Assembly (NCBI GenBank): GCA_965240325.2
Contig: OZ251254.1
Span: 744,001-808,000 of the forward strand
From: Rebecca billardiae RCC1528
Taxonomy: Eukaryota > Protista > Haptophyta
DNA length: 64,000 nucleotides
Direction of reading: 5' to 3'
Below the pieces are notes generated by a model. That model had not been told where the DNA came from and did no database searches. It was given only the letters and a program-made list of their open reading frames with translations. This document shows positions 34,588 through 46,258 of this stretch, piece by piece. A program made the position numbers and the translations under genes. The first letter of the stretch is position 1. Every line of letters starts with the position of its first letter.

Positions 34588-36984
34588 TAGGGGGTCCATC
34601 AGATTAAATTGATTGGATTTCTTTTCTTTTCCTTTTCAGAACTTGTTCGGCGTGTTTTCGCGATCGGCAGATTCCAAATCCGCGCTCGGCTTGCCCCGGC
34701 GCGGGAGCGGAGCTCTGGACGGGGTCGGCGAGGCTGATGGCCCTCGTCGACGGCCGTCCGCTCGCCGTTGGGCGCGCCCACCTCGGCGCAGGCGCCTCGC
34801 CGAGCGGCTGGGCGGCTGCGGACAGGTAGCCATGCTTCGTGTGGACCGGGCTCTCGCTGGGAGTCGCTGGCCGGTCGACGCTCGTGCTTCATGATTTGAA
34901 TCTGCGTGCTCAACGTGTGCTGCCCGCGACCAAGGAGCGCGTCCTAGGAGCACGTGCAGGCGAGCAACGCGGAGACGAACATGCGCAACGCGGTGGGATA
35001 GGCATCGGCAACGACTCGACGCTGTCTCCTTCCCCACCCGACGCTGCCTTCTCGCCCTCGGACGTGCCCGCGACGCCTCTGCCGCAAGGGCCAGCTACCG
35101 CCGACCAACTTGCGGACCGCTGTGCCGGGCATGACGAGGTCCAAGGCGCGGCAGATGATGATGCACGCGTGCCCATGGATGTGTGCGACCCGCCCGAGGT
35201 CCCCGCCGGCACCGCCGAGGGGCTCGCCTCCTCCGCGGACGGCCTCGGCTGTGTGCAACCGTGCAGGCCCGAGCTACGGCCTGACGTCAACGTCAGCGCG
35301 CAGCAGCTCGAGGAGACGGCGGTGGCGGCGCGCGCCATCCACGTGCTGTAGCCCTTGACCGGTCGGCTCGTGGCCGGCACTCGCCCGCGGTACGCATCGG
35401 TGCTCAACTTCATGCTCCTCGACCTCCTCCGCACGCTCATGGACCTCATGCTCGAGAACTTGAAGAAGCACAAGCCGTTGGTCAGAGTGTTCACCCCGGC
35501 GTGCGCCCAGACCGCGCGCGACGGTGGGACGAAGAAGCCCAATGCGCTCGCGCTCGTCTGCGCGGATGCGCTCGGCATCTCGGCGCGCCACGACTCGCCG
35601 CTGCTGGAGGTGATCGGCATCTGGCTGATGACCGTGCACAGGTGGTGGAAGGGCAAGAACAAGGACATGGAGCGCATCCTGAGCCGGAAGCAGGGCGCGT
35701 CGGCGGCGGAGAGGAAGGCGGAGCTGGATGCCGACGACACGTCGCTGGGCGCCGGCGACGACAGCTGCCCCTTCCGCGACCTCTACTCGCCCCCCGACGC
35801 CGGCGCGCCGCGCGCGTCCGCAGCAGGCCGCGTGCAGGTGCCGCTGCACGAGCAGCGCGTGACTCCTGCTGAGCACGCGGTCATCTTGGAGCAGCAGGTG
35901 CGCCTGACGGAGCAGCAGGTGGAGCTGGACTCGTCGCGCAAGGCGACCGCGCGCGCCGTCGCCGACGCTGCGCGCGCCAGCTTGCGCGCCGACGCAACCG
36001 AGCGCAGCGCGCGCGGGGGCACAGATCGCGCTGCGGCCGAGCTGGCTGCCATGGCTGCCGACTGCGTCCAGTTCGAGCGCGAGAGGAGAGCGGCGGAGCT
36101 CGAGGGCGAGCGCGCGGCGAAGCGCGCGCAGTCCGCCGCAGTACCGGTGGACCGGTGACGGCCTCGCGTGGGCTGGGGTACGACGAACGGCGACGACGCC
36201 GGTGACACAGAGCACGGGCACGGAAGTCGCCGAACGGCCGCGGCAAGCTCGGCGACGGCGATGACTGCTAGTCTGCGCACGCAAGCGTCGATGGCGGAGG
36301 ACTCCTTCACGACTATGGGGATGGTGGCATGCTCAGAGGTGCGCTTGGTAGTGTGCTTCGGCACGCAGCCCGCCGCCCGCATCAGGTCCGTCCGGGCCTG
36401 CTGCGGGACGGTTTGACGGTGGCATGAGCCCGCCGTCACTCCGCGCGGCGGCGCGGCCTATTCGGATGACCCAGCACGAATAGTGAACAAGGTACCCCCA
36501 TATTGACACCACCCTGAATATATATTTAAAACCCACCCGCCCTGTATAATAAACGGGTGGGTAAGTGCATATATACGGGTACATGTCTCTAATTAAGTGG
36601 GTAACATGCTCGATCTTGGAGTAGTTTTTCACCGACCTCTACGCGCACTCATCGTGCCTGCTAAAATTCAGCAAGTCCACCTTAATTTTGTTGGGGCGGG
36701 TTGCAACGGTTATGAATAAGTAAGTCCGACGACATACCGTCATTTAGCCGCCATAACAAGTCGTTGACGTTTGGCTGAATCTGTATGTGACACAGTGGCG
36801 CAGCTGGCGTGCGCGCACGACCGCGCAACGACGCGCGCGGAGTCGGTTTTGGGTGCTTCTGACGGCTGGGCTGGGTTCCAGGACATATTTGTCGGTGCCT
36901 CCGCAAGCGCCACGCTCGTCAGACACCTAAATCGCATGGTTGTCGAAAATCACAATTCAGTGGGCTGCTGTCATGGACCCCCTA
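34588..36984 (+). mobile_element. 2.4-kb TIR DNA transposon with 7-bp TSD; diverged relative of the 43949/46259 elements
   Basis: TIR TAGGGGGTCCAT (34588-34599 / 36973-36984); TSD GATGTTA (34581-34587 / 36985-36991); 36150-36860 aligns in reverse to 46380-47020. Confidence 0.88.
34839..36158 (+). pseudogene. Transposon-internal ORF with an in-frame TAG at 35349-35351
   Basis: ORFs 34839-35351 and 35355-36158 are in the same frame, with coding-like codon bias and a C-terminal coiled coil; no DDE motif recognised. Confidence 0.55.
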
Positions 36985-37130
36985 GATGTTATTGCACGGC
37001 CGTACTGAATTACCGTTGCTCACAGAGTCACAGTCACTCACCGAGTCACCGTCGTCCGTCACTCTGAGTCTGACCGAGCTAGACGCTAGAGTAGTCGCTG
37101 CCGCCAGCGTCCGGACTGCCGCCCATGCCG

Positions 37131-38912
37131 TCAGCTCAAGGCCGCGCGCGCCACCTTGCTCGAGAGCGCGGGCCTCGCGACGAAGTCGGCGATGTGCGCG
37201 GACGAGCGGTCGTCCACGAGCGAGGGCCTGCTCGTGCCGCGCAGCGCGTGCAGGTCGTCCCACAGCCGGCCGTCGTGTGCCGTGGGCTCGGGGCGCGAGG
37301 CGTAGCGCTGGCGCATGAGCAGCGTGTTCACGCGCAGCCCCGGGTCGTCTGCGTTCACGCCCAGCTGCGCGATCGCGTACGCGTTCTTCGAGAGCATCGC
37401 CTCCACCGCCTCGAAGCCGCCCAGGTCGGGCGGCGGCACCCTGCGGCCAATGGCGGTGCGGGACGGGGCGGTGCGGTGGCGGGCGGCGCGCGCGCGCACG
37501 GGCCGGATGGCGTGAGCGGCGGCGGGGGCGCAGGCGGCGGCTTGAGCGGGGCGCGCGGGGCGGCGCGCGCGCCCGCACCTCGGCGCGCTCACGTGCAGCC
37601 TGCAGCCGCAGAAGATCACGCCCTCCAGCTGGCTGAGCGCCGCGGCCGACGCCGCGGCCGTGTGGAACTGCACCACCAGCGCGGGCGAGCGGTGGCCCGC
37701 CGCGTCTGTGCGCCAGAAGACGCGGCGCACGGGGCCAAAGCGCTCGCCCAGCACGTCGCGCTGGAAGCGCGCGAGGTCGGCGGTCGGCGGCACGCCACTG
37801 ACGAGTACCGAGCCCGCCATGCGCTTTGGCTCCGGCAGCTGCGCCATCCGGATCGGCTTGAAGGTGCGGCCGCGCTGCAGCGGCGTCGCCGCGGCCGCCT
37901 GCGGCCGCGCGCGCACGGGCGCGGCGCGCCGGGGCGAGGGTGCGCGCGCGCGTGCTGCGGTCACGGCGGTGCCCCCGCGCGCGAGGCCGCGCCCATGGGC
38001 GCCCATGGGCGCGGCCACCCCCCCCCATCCACCACGCTCGCCACCCGCCACCCCGCCCGCCCCCGCCGAGCGCCACCGCCCGCCCGCCCGCGCCGCGCCG
38101 CGCACGCGTGCACCTTTGCAGTCAGTGTCGGGAAGAGCAGCCGCAGCTGCCGCGCGCGGTGCGCGCGCTCGACGGCCACGGCGCGCTGCACCGCGCCGAA
38201 GGGCACGGGCGCGCCGGGTGGCAGGCCGGCCTGCTGCCGCAGGTACTCAAAGAAGGCCTGGCGGTGGGCGCGCCGGCGCGGAGGGCAGGGCCCCGGGCGG
38301 AGGGACGGGCGGCGCGATGAGCGGAGCGGGCGGCGCGGCGCGGCGCGCGGCGCGCGGCGCGCGGCCGGCGGCGCGCGCCGTGCTCGCGCGCGCCTGCAGC
38401 TCCTTGCGCGTGTAGTTGTACAGGATGGAGCGGAGGTGGCGCGCCTCGCGCAGCACCTCCTCCTGCGCCTGCACGCTCAGCGTCGCCTTCTCCCCCACGT
38501 ACACCGCCAGCAGGTCCGCGCGCTCCTCAGACTCCAGCAGCATCTCCAGCTCGGCGCGCGTCACGACGTGGCGCGCGGAGGCGCGGCCGCCCATCAGCTG
38601 GCCGTCGGTGAGCGGGCCGTACTGCGCGAAGACGAACAGCCGCGCCGCCGACTTTGGGTGGTGGATCGTCACCGGCTTCGTCGGGAAGCAGAACTCGAGC
38701 AGCTCGGCCTCGGACACGGGGCGCTCGTCTGCCGACGGGTAGATGGGCGGCAGCGTGGCGGCGGTGGGCGAGGCGCCGAGCTCGTCGTCGCCGCGCGTGA
38801 GGCCAAAATCGCCCACGCCGGAGGCCGCCTCGGAGATCACCGACTTCTTCGACTTGGCCGTGCCCGGGCGCGAGCGGTCGCGCGAGCGCGAGCCCTTCGA
38901 GCTCGCCGGCAT
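37131..38912 (-). CDS. Multi-exon protein with an RRM-like domain
   Basis: SVLVSGVP...ERFGPV..V.......ALVVQF.T...AAAALSQLEG..F.G.RLHVS is an RRM pattern; first intron 38393-38258 is GC-AG (KELQ|AFFEYL); two further GT-AG introns. Confidence 0.7.
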
Positions 38913-39389
38913 GCTGTCAGGCAGTCGTTACGCGCCTTCGTCGGCGGCCGAGCTGCGCTGTCTCACTCATTCCGGATGGCTTGGCCGTCAGCTAGCGACG
39001 ATCAAGACCGTAGTCACAGACACAGCCCGGCTGTCTACAGTAGTGTCACTGTCGTCATGATATACGTAGTTCATTTGACGGCTCCCGGACGGCGGACGCC
39101 CAATGAGTCACTCCTGAGCTCAAAGCGGGGAGGAGTCCGGCACTCGGCAGGCGACAGGCGTGCCCGACTCGTGCGAGGGGCGCGTGCTGCAGCGTCGCCG
39201 CCACGCGGGCCTCACGCGGACACGCACGCCCACGGGCCCGCCCCGCCGCTGCGGTCTGACGAGTGTGCCCACTGTCCGGCTGCACTGCGACACTCTCGCG
39301 AGTGCAGCGGCGTCTGCAGCCGACTGCACGCCCTCGGCAGCCTCAATCCAAACGGCAGCGGGCATAGCCGGCCCTACGGACTGGCCGCC

Positions 39390-40859
39390 TCACGCGCGCG
39401 GCGCGCTCGCCGGCCGGCGCGCCGCGCCGGCCGGCCTCGGCGGCAGCTCGCGCGGCTGAAAGCTGCCAAGCCCCGGCCGCTCCGGGTCTGGCGTGAAGCG
39501 CGCGTTGAACGAGCTGCGCGCGGCGCGCGGCGCGGGCGCGTACGCGGCCGGGCCGGGGCTGGCCTCGGCGGCTCGGCGCGCCCTCGCCGGGCCCGGCGCG
39601 TACCAGTCGACGGCGAAGAAGTTGGGCGCGCTCGCGCGGAGCAGCTCGTCGCGCGCCTCGCGCCCGCCGCCATGCCGCGCGCTCAGCGGCGCATGGCCGC
39701 CGCCGCCCCCGGCGCTGCCGATCGCGTCCACGCTGCTCGGCGGCGGCGGCTGCGGCTGCGGCGGGCGCGCGGCCTCGCGATCGGCCGCGGCGCCGCGGCG
39801 GTGTGGCGCGGGTGCGCCCGCGTGGTCGACCACGGCCCCGGCATGCGCCCACGCGCCCGGCGGCGCGCGCTCGGCCGGCGGCGCGCGCGGCGGCGCCCAC
39901 CCGCCGCCGCACGCTGCGGGCGCGCCGGGCTGCGCGCCGCCCCAGCCGGCGCAGGGCGCCCAGCCCGTGGCGGCGGCGGCCTCCGGCGGCGGCGGCGGCG
40001 GGTGGGGCGAGCGCACGGGTGGCGGCGCGCCGAGCGGCACGTACGCGTAGAGCACTGGGTACGGCGCCGCGCCGTGCAGCATCGGCGGCGGCGCGGGCCC
40101 GCTTGGCGCACACGCGCCGAGCGGCGGCGGCGCGGCGCCGAGCGCGCCGGCCGCGGCGGGATGCGGTGCAGGCTCCGGGCGCGCCGCCCAGCCGGGTGGC
40201 GAGGGCGGCCAGGGGGCGCCCCACAGCTCACGCTCGGGCGCGGCGGGCGGAGACGCGGCGCGGCGCGGCGGGCTCGGCGGCTCGGCGGCGCGGCGGCGCT
40301 CGGGCGGCGCCGCGGGCTCGGCGCGCGCGGCCGCGCCGCCCGCCGGCCTGGCGGCAGCGGCGGCGCTCGCGCCCACCGCCGCCTCGACGCTGCGCTCCAC
40401 GTGCGCCGTGAGCGCGGAGAGCGCGGACTCGAGACGCGCGCAGCGCGCGGTGAGCTCGTCGAGCTCGCGCTCGGCGGGGTGCGCGCTCGGTGCCTCGGCC
40501 GGCCTCGCGCCGGCTGATAGCTGCGGCGCGGACGCCGAGAGGCGCCGGCGCGCGGGCGGCGCGCCGGCGGGGCGCGCACGGGGGGCACGCGCGTCGGTCG
40601 CTCTCGCGGGCACGCGCGCGAGCTCGCGATCGCTCGCCGTCGCCCTCTCGTGTCGCGCCGGCGTGGCGTCCGTCTGGCGCGCGCGCGGCACGGCACTCGC
40701 ACCGCCCGCCGAGCGCGGCCGCGCCATGGGCATGCGGTGGGCGGCGCGCGCAGCGGCGCGCTCCTCCGCCTGCCAGTGTTCCACATCAATCTGCGCCGCC
40801 TCGGCTCGCCGTGCCGCGGGTGACCCCGGTGGGGGCCGCGTGAGCGGCCGCCGCTTCAT
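39390..40859 (-). CDS. Hypothetical Pro/Ala-rich protein with a coiled coil
   Basis: ERELDELTARCARLESALSALTAHVE heptads; ordered-looking C-terminal PNFFAVDWY; divergent from the RING gene. Confidence 0.55.
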   Translation of the reverse strand: MKRRPLTRPPPGSPAARRAEAAQIDVEHWQAEERAAARAAHRMPMARPRSAGGASAVPRARQTDATPARHERATASDRELARVPARATDARAPRARPAGAPPARRRLSASAPQLSAGARPAEAPSAHPAERELDELTARCARLESALSALTAHVERSVEAAVGASAAAAARPAGGAAARAEPAAPPERRRAAEPPSPPRRAASPPAAPERELWGAPWPPSPPGWAARPEPAPHPAAAGALGAAPPPLGACAPSGPAPPPMLHGAAPYPVLYAYVPLGAPPPVRSPHPPPPPPEAAAATGWAPCAGWGGAQPGAPAACGGGWAPPRAPPAERAPPGAWAHAGAVVDHAGAPAPHRRGAAADREAARPPQPQPPPPSSVDAIGSAGGGGGHAPLSARHGGGREARDELLRASAPNFFAVDWYAPGPARARRAAEASPGPAAYAPAPRAARSSFNARFTPDPERPGLGSFQPRELPPRPAGAARRPASAPRA

Positions 40860-41365
40860 CGCGCCGAGGGCTCGCGGAGCCGGGACTCGGGCCGCCACGC
40901 TGAGCAAGCCCGCGGCTTTTTCAAACGAACGCGAATTTCGAGTTTTGACTTTCGATTATTGCTGCCGGCCTGCCGCGATTTTTGTTTCGGGCGCCGTTGC
41001 CGATCGAGATTTCCCGGACCGGATCCGGCGCGAATACAATAGCTAACCCGGGCCCAATTGATGAATGATGATGCGAAAGTGGGTAATGCCGGTACCTGTA
41101 GGAGACGAAGGGTACCCGCTGAGACCACTTCCTCGTCGAGTCCGTCCGTGTGCGCACTCTGCAGTGCGTCGGCGCGCGCACATTGCTCTTGGACCTCCTG
41201 GCAGTCCTCCGCGCGCAGTGTCCTCCCCCGGCCCAGGTGGTGGCCAGTGCGCCGCCGGGGAGAAGCCGGCTCTGCCCTGGCGGTGGCGGTGCAGGCCTGT
41301 CCATCCAACCAAGCGGCGGCGCCAAACGTCGCGGAGGCGCCCCGCGCGCACGCCAGCCGGCGCCG

Positions 41366-43523
41366 ATGCCGACCCGACGCCGCGAGCCGGAGGACGACTC
41401 CGAGAGTGACCCGCCGCCGCCGCCCCAGCGCCGCGTCCGCTTCGCCACCGGCCAGATCCTCGTGCCGCTGCGCTCGCTGCGCGCGGCCGCGGCCGCGGCC
41501 GATGCGGGCGGCGCGAGCGGCGCGGCCGGGGCGGACGGCGCGCCCTCGCCCGCCTGGCGCGGCGGCTCCGAGTCGGAGCCCTCGCCCGGTGCCCCCTCCC
41601 CGCCCGACTTCTTCCCCGCGCTGCCCGAGGGCCTCGCGGGCCTGCCCCACTTCCACATCCAGCTGATGAGGGCGCCGCTGCCGCCGCTCTTTGGCGGCGG
41701 CGGGCTGGGCTCGCCCTCGGGCACGTCGGACGGCGAGCCGCCGAGCGCCTCGCCCTCGCCGCTCCCTCGCGCGCCGCGCGCCGCCGCGCGCGACGCCTCC
41801 GCCGGCACCGACGCGCCCGCCGACTCGCCCGGCGGCGGCGGCGGCGGCGCGGGCTCGCCGCCGCAGCCGGCCGGCATCCGCTTCCAGCACGGCAACGTGC
41901 GGATCGAGCTGCAGTTCGCGCCGAACGGGCTGAACTCGCAGCTCGAGTCGTTCCTCGCGATGCCCTCCGGCGCGCTCGCCGAGCTCACCGCCGCCGTCCT
42001 CGGCTCCGCCGCCGGCTCGCTCTTCCCAGAGCTGCCTCCGCGCGGCCTCACTGACGCGCAGTGCGAGCAGCTGGGCACGGCGACGTTCAAGGCGCCGCCG
42101 CTGAGCGTGGAGAGCGCGGCGGGGATGAGCGTGGCCGAGGTGCGCCGCCGCGCCGCAGCACCGCGCCGCAGCACCGCGTCTCAGCACCGCGCCCCGCGCC
42201 GCGCCCGCCGCGCCGCCGCCGCGCGCTTGCAGCTCAAGCGCCTGATGGCTGCCCATGGCGTGGACTGTCACGGCTGCATCGAGCGGCAGCACCTGCTGGA
42301 GAGGATCGAGCAGGAGGCGCGCGCGCGGCCGAGCGCGGCGGAGGACGAGCCGGCCGCTGCCCCCGGCTCTCCGCGCGCGTGCGTCTCAGAGCCGCACGAC
42401 TGCTCGGTGTGCATGAGCGCCTACAGGCACAACGAGTGCGCGCACCGCGCACGCAGCACGCAGCACGCAGCACGCAGCACGCAGCACGCAGCACGCAGCA
42501 CGCAGCACGCAGCACGCGCAGCACGCAGCACGCGCAGCACGGCCGGGGCGCGCGCGGGGCGCGGCCCGTGCGGACGCGCGTGGCTGACGCCAGGCGCCCT
42601 CCCGCCGCCGCCGCCGCCGCCGCCGCCTTGCGCAGGGTGGTCACCGTGTTGCCGTGCGCACCCTCGCACGCCTTCCACTCCGAGTGCATCCGCACGTGGC
42701 TCGGGCGGCACCGCACGTGCCCGCTGTGCCGCACGGACGTGTGCGCGCTGCTGCCCGGCGGAGCGGAGGGCGCGCCTGCGGCGGAGGGCGAGGGCGAGGG
42801 CCCGGCGGCCGGCGTGCTGCCGCCGCTGCCCGGGCTGCCGCCGCTCGACGCGCACGTTGCCCCACCGCCCGCGCCTTCACGCGAGAGGCCGCCCCGGCAG
42901 CCGCGGACGGCCGCGCAGCCGCCGTCGCTGGCGGGCGCCGAGCAGCCCGCGCCCGCGGCCGGCGTGCCCGCGGCCGGCGTCGGCCCGTGGCTGGGGGCGA
43001 TGCGCGCCGCGCCTCCCGAGGGGCCGGCGTCGCCGCAGGACGCCGAGGTAGCGCCGCCGGCCGAGCCGCCCGTGGCGCTGCGCACGCGCTCGACGCGCGC
43101 GCGCGCCGCAGCCACCGCCTCGCTGCCGCCGCGCTCGCAACCGGCGGCCGTGCCGGCGCCGGCCGCGCTGGGCGCGCCGAGCCGCGCGATCGGGCCGTTG
43201 CCGGTCGCGGCCGGCTCCGAGCTGGCGGCCGGCTGGGCGGGCGCGGCGGCGCCCGCGGCAGATCCGGTGCCCATCTCGGCGCTGCCGCCCGCCGAGCTTC
43301 GCGCCGCGGGCGGGCCCATGGCGCGCACGCCCGCGGCCGGGGCGCTCGCCTCCGGGTGCGCTGCGCGCGCGGCGGCCGGCGCGGCGCGCGTGCCCGCGGC
43401 GCGCCCTGGCCGACGCGCCGCCGCCCTTACTCGCGACCCCGCGCGCTCGCGCGCGCGCGCGCAGCGGCAGGGGCGATGCTGGCGCGCCCTCGCCGGCCGA
43501 CGGGCAGCAGCCCGCGCGCATGA
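41366..43523 (+). CDS. RING-H2 E3 ubiquitin ligase with a SAP/HeH-like helical domain; 3' end uncertain (43523 or 43896)
   Basis: Introns 42140-42232 and 42436-42635 give MSVAELKRLMAAHGVDCHGCIERQHLLERI and CSVC...EVVTVLPCAPSHAFHSECIRTWL...CPLC. Confidence 0.85.
42450..42540 (+). repeat. 7-bp tandem repeat (CACGCAG)n in RING gene intron 2
   Basis: About 12 units, degenerate at the right end. Confidence 0.9.
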
Positions 43524-44423
43524 CCGCGCCGCAGCGCATCGCGCGCCTGTTCGGCCGGCAGGCGCTGGCCGCCGCGCAGTGGCTGGCCGGCCGGCGCGAC
43601 GGCGCGCGCAGCGCCGGAGGTCAGGATGGCGGCGGCCGCGCGTGACGGATGACCCCACGCATGCGCGCGTCCGTCCATCTACGCACACAGACCCAGCGCC
43701 GTGGCCTCGAGCCGCCGCGCCTACATGGCAGACACGCGGCGTCACCCACGTGGACCGAACGGCCGAGCCGAATTGTGAACCGTCGGCGGATCACAAGCGC
43801 GCCGCCGCGGCGCCGCCGCGACTCGTCACCCCGCGGGCCGAAAGTATCGCCCTTTGCCAGTCGGTGATGACTCGTCGGAAGCCGATGGCCGTCTAAGCAG
43901 GATTTTCCCACTACCTAGTACCTTATTAAAAGCAGTTAAAACTTAAATTAGGTGGGTCCCTCCTGGCAACCCGGCTCTTGGAAAAGGCGTAACGTCCGTA
44001 TTTCATACGCAGGCCCCTGAGGGAGGGACCTGCGCAGGTTCCTGATACGGAAGGTCCCTAGTGTGACAGATTGTCGTCTGTCAGTGTCTGAGTGCACGAC
44101 GCGGTCTGAGCGCGCGCGCGCGCGGCGCGGCGCGCGCGCAGCGCGCGCCGACGCAGTGTCTGGTGAGCTGAGTTGCGTTGCTGGTGGAGCGGCGCCGCAG
44201 GCGCGCGCGGCGCGCAGAGCCGCGCGCTACACGCCAAAAAGACGCGCGAGGCCCTTACGATGCAAATGCTTCAATCCGCACCTCGATCCGAGTTGATGGT
44301 GAAGAGTTATGGCTGTTTTCGTGCGCGCTGGCCCGCAGGGGCGGCGGGCGCGGGGCTGCGTGATGTAGACCTCGATGCCGACATTGGCGCAAGCGACAAG
44401 CGCAGGGCGCTCACTGCGCAGGC

Positions 44424-46135
44424 GTGAGCACGGGGCAGGGGGGTGTCAGCACACGCGCGCCGGCGCCGTGTTGGGCGGCGGGCGCGCCGCGCGCGTGCCA
44501 CCGTGCACCTTCGAGATGTCAGCGGGCAGCTTGGACCCTCCGCGCCCGTGCTTCTGCACGACCTTGCTCTGCTCGGCGCGGTTCCGCGTGGCCGCGGAGG
44601 TGTGCGTGAAGTGCCACGCCCTGCCCTTGAAGTGGATCGACAGCGCGCGATCGAGGAAGGGGATGCACTCGGCGAGGTGCGGCTTGGGCGCGCGTTCCAG
44701 CAGACCACTGCTTCCTCGACGCCCGCCTTGAACGAGAGGTGGCGCCCCGGCGTCGCGCAGCGGTCCCACACGCCTCCCATGCCCTCGACGACCGCCTCAG
44801 ACGCGCCCTTGAGCGCGCAGTGCTGGAAGAGGTAGAGGTAGCTGAGGCAGCACTCGTAGAACTTGGGAAGAGAGAAGACGTCCTGCGCGAGCACGGCCGA
44901 GCTGGTCGCCCCGAGCCACCGCGCGCGGTGCAGCTCACTCGCGTCGATCAGCAAGCGGCAGAGCGCGTTGAACTCGCCGACGACCACCTCGTCTCGCGGC
45001 AGCGTGATGCCGTGCCACCGGGAAGCAGAGTCGGGCGCGCCGACAAAGTCGGCGACGGTGCGCGCGCCGCGCGCGGAGCCGGAGGGCGTTCCGACAGACG
45101 GGCGCGCCCAGCCGGCGAGGGTGCGCAGATGTCCAGCAGCATGAGCGCGGTACTGCTCGCCCTCGACGCTCAAGCTGGCCATCTTGCGCAGGTCGAGGCA
45201 GCCCGCCATCGCAGCGAGCAGATGCTCGGCGCTGCCCTGCTGCCGAAACCTGCGCAGCTCGTAGTTGTCAGCGATCCGCTTCGCCATCTCGGCGACGCCG
45301 TTCAGCGCGAACTTGATCGCGCGCCGCGCCTCCTCCGCTTTGGGCTTCGACTCGATCATCGGGAACTCGCGGCGGAAAGCTGCGCCGAGCCGCAGCTCCG
45401 AGGGCAGCGTCAGCGAGATCGCCTTGTGCTCGCGAATCAGCTGCGGCGTGCAGTTCTCGAGGTCGGCCATGTTGGCGCGCAGGGACTCGAGAGCGGGCAC
45501 GCCAAGCTGCTGCGAGCCGGCCGGCGCGGGCATCACGCGCGACACGTCGCCTCGGCGCAGGTCGCCAGCGAGTTGACGCCTTGACGGAGGAGCTCGATAA
45601 AGGCGCGAGGGGCAGCATCGCACTCCCGCAGCAGTGAGTTCACCTCTTGCTCAGGGAGGGACGCGTCGACGGCTCATCTGCTCGCTGGTGCGCGCCATCT
45701 GCATGAGCAGCGACCCGTGGCTCGAGGGCGGCAGCAGTGCGTGTGACGCGTCATCACCGTTGCCGTCGCTGTCTGCTTGAGTCAAATCTAGTGCGTCGGC
45801 AGCAGCGCAGTCGTCGGCCGCGCTCGCCCGCGGCCCTGGCGGCGTCCAGCTGGGCTGTCTCGCCCGCGGCTCTGGCGGCGTCCAGCTGGCGGACTGGACG
45901 TCGCCGGATTCGTCGATGCGCCGGCGCCTCGGGTCCGCGCGCGCTGCGTCCGCAGCACCTGCATCGTCATCGTCAGAGTCCGCGTCCTCGATGGGGTCGG
46001 ACGCGAGCTCAACCGCGCCGCGCTTGAAGCCGTGAAACGCAGCGAAAGCTTGCTGCTGCCTCGAGAGTAGCGCCTCGTAGGCTGCGCACAACCGCCTGTG
46101 CTTCGCCAGGTTCTTCCCGAACCCGGGCGCGGCCG
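44424..46135 (-). pseudogene. hAT-like transposase remnant
   Basis: C-terminal ASEAVVEGMGG...RHLS...EEAVVCWN/AP resembles the hAT S..E..FS...R..L...N.P region, with a frameshift near 44695; upstream KNLAKHRRLC may be the end of a BED-type finger; lies inside an 8-bp-TSD element. Confidence 0.6.
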
Positions 46136-46258
46136 GCCGCGGAAGTTCTGAAGTACCGTGTACGGTCCGTTGGTTCAGTAAGTAGTGTCTGACGACGTAC
46201 GACTGTCTGTCAATCTGTTATCTATCATTATCGATTGTCAATGTAGATCTCAATTAAG

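Noticed and set aside
37125-40517. 1130-aa plus-strand ORF (and similar Arg/Ala-rich long ORFs such as 53634-56393 and 20994-23471)
   Set aside because: Antisense shadows of real genes, caused by stop-codon scarcity at very high GC.
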